From positions 90,396,001 through 90,460,000 of the forward strand of contig NW_026262679.1 in NCBI RefSeq assembly GCF_021869535.1: a stretch of DNA of 64,000 bases. The letters run 5' to 3'. Of this stretch, positions 49,501-59,500 are shown one piece after another. How positions within the stretch are numbered: the stretch's first letter is position 1; each line of letters starts with the position of its first letter. The notes under the pieces were generated by a model. That model was not told where the DNA came from and did no database searches. It saw only the letters and a list, made by a program, of their open reading frames with translations. The stretch is from Mytilus californianus. Lineage: Eukaryota. The position numbers and the translations under genes are program-made.

Positions 49501-52500
49501 TCTATTGTTGATTTTTACAGATAGATGTGTAGTTTGGTTGTCTCATTGACACCTACCCCATATCTCCTATTATCTACCTTTTAGACAGTTTGTAAAACAA
49601 TTTTAAGCAATAATCAGCCATGTTTATTTTAAATGAATTTGGGATTTATCTGTTACACACACCATTATAGTGTCAGTTTTGTGTACACTGGTTTTTTCTC
49701 TGCCCAGAAGGTACTTGGGAATGTCAATTCACATGAACTGCTTGTCGCACTCATATGCAATAGGTTCTTGCAAAATACTAAACAAGAGTTTCCACATTTA
49801 ACAATTATAAACGACAAAAGAGCGAGTTTTTCACCTTTTTGTTGACTTTTTTTGTTTTGTGTAGATTGAAATCAAAACTTTTCCAGGGCTCACACTTCTT
49901 AAGAAGTATAGTGAGAAGTGACTTCTCTTTTTGAAACTGGCTAGGTTGTGGTGAAATTACATGAATTATAAAGAGAAGTTCTTGTGCACTCATGCCAACA
50001 ACATTGCAATTTTGACATTTGTATCTTTAATAATTATAATTTTTCACTAAGCAAGTGCACATGACCATCTAAACAGCAAATTAAAGAAAAAATGAATAAG
50101 AAAGAACACGATACGACTATCATCAATAGAAACTCAACCAGGAAGTCTGTTCTGTTTATGGATCATCATTGCTTTTCTCATTTAAGAATAAATCTTAAAA
50201 AATTAAGTCACTTAAATAATTGATTATTTAATTAGTAGCTAAATAGTTGTCACTGATCAAAAGTCTGTGTTCACTTGTTTATAGTGTACTGGTACTTTTC
50301 ACTTTTGGACTCATTATTCTTCAGTCAGCTAAGTTCTGTATCCGTCTGTAATTATCATAGTACGAATACAGATTTCTGTCATACTCAGTCTACCTTTGAT
50401 CCCTGCTTAGTAACAAACTTGACAAACAAGTTTTAAGTTAAATCCATTTGTTTAATACATATCCCATGATTTGATTGGCTAGCAATTTTCAATAGGCAGT
50501 GAACAAAGTTAATAATGATTTCATGGTTCACTTAGCAAACAAGTTAACTTAATCTTATGGTTGTTTGTACACACTCAGGTATAGCAGCTGTAAATATCGA
50601 GAAATCTTTGCTGACAAATAAATCAAATGTCATGCAACAGCTGACAATTCTTTGACTAATCACATCAGTTTATCATATGCTTGATTTTGTTTTGCTTCAA
50701 CGAAACTTCACTATTATTAAACAAATAATTGGACAATAATAACTGCTTTCTTTTTTTTCATGCACAAGTTACTGTGATCTTATTGCTCATTGTGGGCAAA
50801 ATTAGGTGTTAACATATAAGTATCTGCATTTATTTTAAGGACTTACCTTTTTTAATGGAACTTTGAATGCAACAAATTTGGTACCACTTATCACTTCTCC
50901 AAGGGAACCATACTGGTCCCACCTAAAAATCAAATAAAATTAAGGAGATGTGGTATGATTGATAAAGAAACAACAATCCATAAAGACAAAAAGGTCAAAC
51001 ATGTGAACAATAACAGGTCAGCATACAACCTCAATCATTAAGCAAAACCTATGCAATATAACAGTTAACTTTCTTAAAACTGACAGTCAGAGTGACATTA
51101 ACAATTTTCCTGATCACTCAAATTTTTAATAATTTATTATAATGATGATGGTGGATAGATGCTTAACGTCCAGCGGCAAATTAATATGCATATTAAAGAC
51201 AAGAACATGTTAATGTAATAGGAATATTAACCCTGCTTAATACTAGACCCACACGCTGAGCCGGATTTTTAAAGGTGCTAGTTCACAAGGTAACAGTCTA
51301 CAGGAAGACATGTCAAATTACACGGACACATTATTCTGACTCCGAGCCGACCAGTCTTTTCTCTTACTCCTTAATGCTGCTTGCTTAGCGGTAAAGCAGC
51401 AAATACCAATTTTATAGCCCATGACCTCCCGCACTCTAGGCAAACAAGCTACCACGAAACCATTGAGGCGATAATAATTTATTATGCATTTGTAATAAAT
51501 ATTGATTAAAATTAATAGTTGAAAGGGTCAGAACTCCCTATTGTGCAACAACATGGACAAGGAATCATTGCTGCATACACCTTTCTCCTGCTCTAATCTT
51601 AGAAAAATGGATAATAGTACATGGTTAAAATGACTTATGAAACTATACAGTTCATACACCAAGAAATTCAATGCTTTGATATGACAGTGCGCCTATGGGG
51701 CCAGTCAATCCCTACACAGGATGTTTGATATCAAAAGTATTTCTGCATAACATGGTTTTGTTTAAAAAATTCATATTTTTTTCTGCTATACTTTCCATAT
51801 TAGCGTATGAATATAATGCTAATCGTGTCTCTGATAAAAGCCTGGGATTTCAGAGAGTTTTGTTGCTGCATTATAAATAATATCAAGTGGTAATGAAATA
51901 ATAACAGTCCGCACATACAAGCCTCCCGAGAACTCCCAAAATTGTCTTGTAAAGTGTATGTTATTTCCTTGCACATGTTGTATAATAATATGGCAGACAC
52001 AACTATTCGAAAAGTATGTAATTCTATCTAAATTCAGGTATAAAAAGTGCTAAATCATTTTTTTAAATTGAAGTTTTCCAATTAATGATTAATAAAAGAA
52101 TCTCATCCTTCAGAAGTTTCATACTTTTATTTAGATAGAGTTATTTACCTTGCAAACAAGACACACAAATCGAATTCCTCAAGTTAAATTATACATTTAT
52201 TGAGCAAAAATGACATATCTAATAATTATAGTCTTTATCATCTGATAAGCAATAAAATACTATATAAAATAGAGTTTTTCGGGTAATGTCTATCAGTTCT
52301 CGGGTTCATATCGAGCTTTTGGGAGTTCTCTGGAAATCATTGTACAGCATCTAAAAGACATATGGAATGTAATTTAATACCATTTATAATTAAATTTATG
52401 AGAATTAACTTCTTAAACATTATATTTCTATATCCAGTTTTAATAAAGATCCCTTTATAAAAGTTTATTTCACAATATGTACTGGCACTAATAGTATAGA

Positions 52501-53785
52501 CCCGCGAAGTTAATACCGGGGTAGTACTGGGAGTGGTATACACCTTATCGCTATTTAGTCCATTCCAGAAAAAAACAGTCATCTTTCTATGTTGTGATGT
52601 TACACTATTAATTCAGATAAGTATGATAAGGGTGAAGGTTTGGTACCATTAAAACGTTTAAATCCGCTGCAATTGTTTGCACCTGTCCTAAGTCAGGAAT
52701 CTGATGTGGTTCATAAGTGTTTCTCGTTTCTCGTTTTTTATATAGATTAGACCGTTGGTTTTCCCGTTTGAATGGTTTTACACTAGTAATTTTTGGGGCC
52801 CTTTATAGCTTGCTGTTCGGTGTGAGCCAAGGCTCCGTGTTGAAGAACTTTGACCTATAATGGTTTACTTTTATAAATTTTGACTTGGATGGAGAGTTGT
52901 CTCATTGGCACACATACCACATCTTCTTATATCTATTTAAATAACTTCCTTTTGGGTCGTCCTGAATATGCATGAAATATTTGCCACTGGACGTTAAGCA
53001 ACCAACAATCAATCAATCCTTTTGGGTCAATTGTCACAAGACAAAGATCATCAGTAACGAGCTGAGGGAGCAAAACATGTAGGAAGTGAACATTTTGAAA
53101 TATGTAGAGTTTATGATCCAATTTTTTACACACAACTTAAAGTAAGAAAAATGCTTTGTTTACCATGTTTACAATGGTTTAAACACAACTCTTTGAAAAA
53201 TCTTATGCACAGAACATACACCTTATCGCTATTTGTTTGGACATCACAAAGGTTCCCGTAAAATCTTGACGTCATAATAGAAAACATCTGACACCACAAT
53301 GGAAAAGTGAATGTTGTATGACGTCAATAATTCAAGAGGCTCAGATTTCCAAGGCAAATGGCGATAAGGTCTATTGTTAAAACAGGGTCCCAGATATCTT
53401 TAACTGGTGGTTTGAAGAAGTTGCATAATTTCAGAACTTATCTGGAATGGAATAAATAGCAATAAGGTGTATTTACCAGGTTCTATTTACCTCCCAACCT
53501 TGACAATCAGTCAATGAATTATAAACTTGGGACAGATTGTCTGATTTGGTGAGTCCCAGATTCTAGTATTCATGAACAAAATCAGTTGGAACAAATTGAT
53601 CACCGACTTGGAACGAATTAACCAAATCTGGGACCAATTAGACTTGGAACGAATTGAAAACATTCGTTATGGTCCGAGTTTGTTTTAGGCTATAACTGTA
53701 ATTTGTAAAAATTTAGGCCGATTTGCGCAGCAGCGGCAGTATGATCAGAAACGTCGAATTAAAATTACCTGTCTGGTGGTGGCAT
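34527..53785 (-). CDS. DUSP11: RNA/RNP complex-1-interacting phosphatase (DUSP11/PIR1), about 371 aa, complement(join(34527..35112,37581..37650,39276..39322,40206..40266,44760..44806,46759..46838,47994..48093,48926..48957,50847..50922,53769..53785))
   Basis: Ten GT-AG exons with consistent phases read MPPPDRWDQY...GTKFVAFKVPLKK...LGLVIDITYTDKYY...KIYTYGHVVP...VIGVHCTHGVNRTGYIVCRY...FKQARGHPIERQNYIDDL. The HCX5R active site is intact, and the pattern matches recalled DUSP11 motifs (FIAFKVPL, GLIIDLTYT, HCTHGLNRTG, RGHCLERQNY). Confidence 0.95.
34714..34881 (-). repeat. Coding 42-bp tandem repeat x4, encoding about (SYDRRNNYGxERSS) in the DUSP11 tail
   Basis: GATCTTTC...CATAATT.TT.CT.CTGTCA.AACT recurs every 42 nt starting at 34714. 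Confidence 0.9.
35240..35817. mobile_element. Non-autonomous TIR element (Kolobok-like) in the last DUSP11 intron
   Basis: Imperfect TIRs AGGAGTAGGTTCGGTAAGAGCC / AGGAGAAGGTCCCGTAAGGGCT. TTAA on the right flank, with a degenerate left flank. Confidence 0.55.
37885..38065. repeat. Low-complexity minisatellite of about 21 bp (GGTTTTATTGTTGTCTTTTGT-like)
   Basis: Repeated TTTTATTGTTGTCTTTT blocks. Confidence 0.75.
38448..39222. mobile_element. Fold-back/MITE with inverted repeats of about 110 bp in a DUSP11 intron
   Basis: 38448-38557 is the reverse complement of about 39113-39222 (GACTTGAGTGTGTAGGTAAAGG...GAACCATGAAATCATTATTAG...TTTGGGCGGAGTCAAT). No clear TSD. Confidence 0.75.
40522..44058 (-). 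mobile_element. HINE family 1 shell carrying a 166-bp satellite array
   Basis: Same termini as 27988-29534: ACTAGAGGCTCTCTAGAGCCTGTGTCGCTCACCTG at the left, (GAC)n plus GCCAAGTGATGAGAAAAGCTCACTTGGCCC...CAGGTGAGCTAAAA at the right. Confidence 0.88.
40714..43945. repeat. Tandem satellite array, 166-bp monomer, about 19.5 copies
   Basis: The supplied repeat-derived ORFs start at 41019, 41185, 41517, 41848, 42014 and so on, with 166-nt periodicity. A 1-bp deletion lies near 41662 and a 5-bp insertion near 42653. Confidence 0.97.
47700..47880. repeat. C-rich minisatellite (CCCCTATATCCCACATC-like)
   Basis: Repeated ATCCCCTATATCCCACATC and CCCCACATTGTTATACCCCATTTA blocks. Confidence 0.75.
51143..51470 (-). 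mobile_element. tRNA-derived SINE, second family (Meta/RUDI-like)
   Basis: The minus strand has a tRNA-like head followed by GGTATTTGCTGCTTTACCGCTAAGCAAGCAGCATTAAGGAGTAAGAG...GACTGGTCGGCTCGGAGTCAGAATAATGTGTCC. Homologous to 14480-14810. Confidence 0.65.
52541..53469. mobile_element. TIR element with TA TSD containing nested insertions
   Basis: TA|CACCTTATCGCTATTTAGTCCATTCCAGA ... TCTGGAATGGAATAAATAGCAATAAGGTG|TA (29-bp TIR, 3 mismatches). Confidence 0.7.
53219..53371. mobile_element. 153-bp MITE with related TIRs nested in 52541-53469
   Basis: TA|CACCTTATCGCTATTTG ... CAAATGGCGATAAGGTC|TA. Contains TGACGTCA at 53267-53274 and 53319-53326. Confidence 0.7.
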
Positions 53786-53889
53786 AACTTGTGAAAAAGT
53801 GTTCTCTTTCTCGTAAAAAAGTATTTATGGATCTATAGAAGTGGAAAATTATGGTCTACTCATAAGATTTTACTTGCACTTTCGAAACA

Positions 53890-53899
53890 ACCGGAAGTG
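53890..53899. promoter_or_regulatory. ETS-family site in the DUSP11 proximal promoter
   Basis: Perfect ACCGGAAGTG about 105 nt upstream of the DUSP11 ATG. Confidence 0.5.
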
Positions 53900-54333
53900 A
53901 CACCTAACAAACTCCTGATTGTTTTTTAAAATTAAAAAATCACAGAATATCTTAATCAATTGAGTGTTTAGTTGAAGGATTTTTTTACAATCATTTAAAG
54001 CGCTAATAGAGAAATGATTTGTTTAGGCGGGAAATTTGAAACTTTTGATTTGGAATAAAAGTGTGACGAATTATAAGATTATATTTCATAATAATTTCAG
54101 TGTAAGTGGAAGGTATAATTTTGCTTGATGTTGTAATTTTTGATGTCAGGGTTTCAGCTTCAGTGCACACTGTAGCATAAAGTAAGAGGGAAGATGCATT
54201 CAACAATAGTCAATACTACTCATTACTAGGCAAAAACCCATGCCGCATAGCAATTAAGTTATAAATGGTTTCTGAATATATTTAACCAATGATTTGTATA
54301 GTCTTACTATACAAATCCTTGATTTAACACAAT

Positions 54334-55713
54334 GGATCTCCTGTAGTTGGTGATCGCAATACTGGTATACTAGTATTGTCCACAATACTGGTATAAAAAT
54401 TTTGTACCAGTATTGTATTCCAGTATTGTACCAGTATTGTGTTTTTTTAAAATAAACAATACATATAGGTAATTAATCTTTTATTAAAGGTGTCACATAT
54501 ATATGGATAATGATATTAACATATGCCAGACATGACAATTGTATGTTTAACTGATGATGCCATTGATGGTACACTGTGATTGTAATCAAAGAAAATTTTA
54601 AATCTTCTGATGTTTTTTTCTTAAGGGAACCGTACTGTCTCAGCATTTTAACAAACTATTTACTTTCTTCTATGTTTTCTTCCAGCTCTCTCTTTCCAAG
54701 TCTCAATAGTATATTTTAGTGAATTTTATATTGACATTAATGCTGTTATAGCTTCTGTATCATCAGCATTGGTATTGTTTATTTCTTCTTCAGATGGCAT
54801 TTCTGCAACCCCAACTTCCTATAATGATATTTATGTATTCAGTCTGTGGACTTTCTCTTACGCTTACTAGATTACAAGCTTGTTTAGATAGCACCTGTAC
54901 GGCTTTCTTACTGTAGGAGCTGTTCTTGTCTAGTATTAGTATTTGAGTATTTGTACCAGTAGATATATCTGCTTCAAATTGTATTGCCCACGGTTCTGAA
55001 TCAACCTCTTTAACTACCCTTAAAATTCATGTAGACAAACTAGTTAATTTGATTATAATCAGGTTCCCCTATTAAGCAACTTTTTATGTTTAATGGATTA
55101 TTGATATCTTTTATCATGTTTATTGTGAAAGATTGATAGGAAAATAAAGACAAACAAATGCTTATAGTATACATGTATTAAGATATCTACAAAATATACG
55201 ATGGCATACATGTAAATGCTGAATTTACAGTGTCATAGTGTAATAATTTGCTTGAATTTATTAATAACTCAGATAATAAAGCTTTTATATTATTTTATCT
55301 AAATTGAATTAAATAAAATATAGAAATATGATAAAATTATTAGCAATTATTTATATAATTAACAATTGTTTGAATAAGATGAGTTAATTACAATAATCTT
55401 TTGTTTATTTGTACAAGTATAGTAATTATTTTTAACTGGTTGTTAATTGATTTCACAATTATCCTCTATAATCTTTTTGAGTTCATTTAATCTCCCTTCA
55501 TTGATCTTCAATATCTAATTTTGCTTAAAATTCATTTTTCATTATACACCTTAAAGTATAGTGAACAATACAACTACAATACTGGTATATCAGTAATGTA
55601 CCAGTATTGCTGTTTTTTAAAAAAAAAGTTACAATACTGGTACAAAATTTTTATACCAGTATTGTGGACAATACTGGTATACCAGTATTGCGATCACCGA
55701 CTACAGGAGATCC
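54334..55713. mobile_element. 1.38-kb non-autonomous DNA transposon with 84-bp TIRs and an 8-bp TSD (Merlin- or MULE-like, tentative)
   Basis: AACACAAT|GGATCTCCTGTAG...CTACAGGAGATCC|AACACAAT. TIRs are 82/84 identical and built from AATACTGGT/ACCAGTATT motifs. Confidence 0.85.
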
Positions 55714-56084
55714 AACACAATTCTTACAAGAAAACTTACGGCCTGATTTATGGTACCAAACAAAAAAACAAATATAATATACAGCAACCAGAGACATATT
55801 AATGTTTCTGCAGTAACAAATGACAAATTCACAGAATTTGGTAAGCAGACAGAAAATCACAGGACAAGAAGTCAAAGGACAGAAAGTCACAAATTTTATA
55901 GGACAAAAAGTCACAACTAACAGTCTTCACGATAAACTTGTAAATAATACAGGCCCTGGGCTCAAATATTGGAAATTTTTTAGTTACCTGTAGGCTGTAA
56001 GATACCTGTAAGGTCGTTGTGGGGCTCATATGGAAAGATCCATCCTTTTTAGCCCACCCAAGGATTTGTATAGTACCCCAGCGA

Positions 56085-56226
56085 TCACAATTACGTCAGT
56101 ACAACGTAATTTGAAAGTAATTTTAGTCTTGTTTACGTCACTAACTAACGTTATTTTTACGAATTTTCAGTCAAATGAAATGACGCCATACTGTCGTAAA
56201 AAAAGGGGGGGGTCGATTAGGTGAAT
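56085..56226 (+). promoter_or_regulatory. Probable REC8 promoter and non-coding first exon
   Basis: TTACGTCA at 56091 and 56133 and TGACGCCA at 56181 (CRE/ATF-like), Inr-like TCAGTC at 56167, and a candidate donor TAG|GTGAAT at 56221. The ATG exon begins at an acceptor (56511). Confidence 0.4.
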
Positions 56227-56517
56227 TTTTAGTTTACTATGTCTGTGCATCGGAGAAAAATTACCCTGCCTTTTTCAAAAGCTGAAGTAAACACTTAGCA
56301 AAACTAATTAAGATCATATTTGCCTGAGGTACTGGCAATCTACTTGCAGTAGCACTGACCAAGTGACATATTTGATAATACAAAGCTTTTAAATTAATAT
56401 ACAGTGTATAATTCTTTAGATATGAAAAATTGAAAATAATGGAAAAAAATCAAAACTGTCTCAAGACAGTCCATTTTCATATTCTTTCACTATTTTATAA
56501 TGTTGTTTCAGGTAACT

Positions 56518-59500
56518 ATGTTCTACCACCAAAGTATTCTGCAAAGAAGAGGAGGGAAATTTGGAACAGTTTGGTATGTTCACATTAAACATAAAAACAT
56601 CGAAATGATTAGATAAACTTGGAAAATAATAGATGTGTTTATATAACTTTTTTATTGATTGACTTTTAAATTTATGAAGAATGTATATTTATATATCATG
56701 TGTATATGTTTTTTTGATAAAACAACATAAGTTAATTATAATCTTAAACAATTAAAATTTTCAGGCTTGCTGCTACAAAGATTGATCAGCTGAAAAGAAG
56801 AGATTTTAGTGCAGTAAATATCAGAAGAACATGGTACATACATATGTAAAACAGTGTTGTATTGATAGATGGAATTACAAGTTTTTACTTCAGATTTGTA
56901 GAAAATTTCATTAAGTTGTTCATAAATTTCAGAACAGATAAAAAGACCTGACAAATATAAAGATGACATCTTTATACTTAAATTATTTCATGACTGGTAG
57001 CAATTTATTTGTTAGAATAAGCTTCAAATCTTCGCTGATACATAATTGACTTGCATGGCAATAATTTTACCTTGTTAAGATTCATATTAATATGACCTAT
57101 TATCTTATCCAAGTTAGAGATGATTGTGCATGTGCACATCATGTTCAGTTATTGAAAATTATTATTAAAATCATTCTCATATATAGGTAACAGATATGAC
57201 TATGATGTACAACCAAGATCAACACAACCAGGTTTGGTTGTATATATTAATTTTAAGACTAAAAATTTTTTCCCACATTCAAAGATATGTCACAATGATT
57301 TTAAGAGTACAAAAAACATGTGTTAAATCGAGATCAGGTCATACATTATTCTTTATATGCCCCCACTGTGACGGAGGGTCATTAAGTTTTACTCTTGACC
57401 GTCTGTACGTCCCAAAACTATTTTCCCTCAACCAAATGGTTAGAAACTAATACAAAATGCTTATTACCACCAAACACAGATTAAGAATGAATATGGGTGG
57501 TGTCCCTTTATAATCGGAAAAAATTGGCAAATTTGCAGTTTCCACATTCTAACTTTACTTTGCCACATCGAAATGTTCTGAAACTTATACACAATGTTTA
57601 TTACCACTAAACACAGTTCGAGTTTGGATTTCTGATGGTATCACTTTCACCGTTCTTGAGTTATGTCCCCATGTAAATGGAAAAATTGTTGAATTTGCAG
57701 TTTCCGCACTCTAACTTTTCTTTGCCACAACCAAATATAATAATGAAAAATTGCCACATTTGTTGTTTTGTGCACTCAACATACAGAAATGAATTTCAAA
57801 GAAAACAAAATTTGAACATTGACTCCTGCATATTTACAAGTGGGGGGCATCAGTGTCCCATGGACAACTTCATACTTTATTTTTATATTTGTCAAATTAA
57901 TTCAAAGTGAAATTTATCAATTTGAAAGTTCTCTGCAAGTGAAACAAAATAAAAAGAAAAAATTATTTGTAATTTTTCACAACATAAAAGTATTTTTGAA
58001 TTATATTGAATTGATATATGATTACAAACCACTCAATTAGTTTTTATGCCCCCGCCGTAGCGGTGGGGGCATTAAGTTTTACCCTTGTCCGTCTGTACGT
58101 ACGTACGTACGTACGTACGTACGTCCGTCCGTACGTCCCGAAATTGGTTTCCGTTCTCTAACTTGAGTTTGCCTCAACCAAATGTTATGAAACTTATACA
58201 CAATGCTTATTACCACAAAACACAGATCAAGTTTGAATTTTGGTGGCGTCACTTTAACCATTTTAGAGTTATGCCCCTTTATAAATGGAAAAATCTCAAA
58301 TTTTTTAGTTTCCGTTCTCTAACTTAAGTTTGCCTCAACCAAATGTTATGAAACTTATACACAATGCTTATTACAACAAAGCACAGATCAAGTTTGAATT
58401 TTGGTGGCGTCACTGTAACCGTTCTAGAGTTATGCCCCTTTATAAATGGAAAAAATGCAAAATTTTTAGTTTCCGTTCTCTAACTTAAGTTTGCCTCAAC
58501 CAAATGTTATGAAACTTATACACAATGCTTATTACAACAAAGCACAGATCAAGTTTGAATTTTGGTGGAGTCACTTTAACCGTTCTAGAGTTATGCCCCT
58601 TTATAAATGGAAAAATTACAAAAATTTTATTTTCTTCTAAGTATCAAGTAATTTATAAAATTGGAGTTATCTTCCTTTGTCCATGATTATAGTTGAATCG
58701 ACTACAGTCAATGCTTTATACAATGCAATGTTTAATTTTGACTTCCACTGATAAAACACAGATCAAGTTGAATTTGGGTAGTGTCACTTTAACCATTATT
58801 GAGTTATGCCCCTTTATAAATAGAAAGATTGCAAAATTTTTAGTATCCATTCTGTAACTTAAGTTTGCCCCAACCAAACATTATGAAACCTATACACAAA
58901 ATTCATTACAACAAAACTAAGATCAAGTACAAATTTTTTATTTCCGTTTTGTAACTTTAGTTTGCCTCAACCAAATGTTATGAAACTTATACACAATGCT
59001 TATTACTACATAATACAGATTAAGTACAAAATTTGGTGGCGACACTAATACCATTCTTCAGTTATGTCCATTTATAAACATAAAAATTGCTGAATTTTTC
59101 GTTTCCGTTCTCTAAATTTAGTTTGTCTCAACCAAATGTTATAAAACTTATACACAACTGTTCTAGAGTAATGCATGTTTACAAATAGAAAAATTGCTAA
59201 ATTTTTAGTTTCTGTTCTCTGCTTAAGTTAGCCTCAACCAAATGTTATGAGACTTGCACACAATGCTTATTACCACAAAACTCATATCAAGTTAAAATTT
59301 GGGTAGCGTCACTTTTACCTTTCTTCAGTTATTTGTTTCCATTTTCTAACTTTAGTTTGCCTCAACCAAATGTTATGAAACTTATACACAATGCTTATTA
59401 TAACATAATACAGATTAAGTACGAAATTTGGTGGTGACACTTTTACCATTCTTGAGTTATGTCCCTTTATAAACATAAAATTTTTCGTTTCCGTTCTCTA

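Noticed and set aside
49680-50000. Minus-strand peptides resembling a hAT dimerisation domain (SAQELLFIIH; LLHMSATSSSCELTF)
   Set aside because: The similarity is short, the spacing is atypical and no TIRs were found. It would need an HMM search (PF05699).
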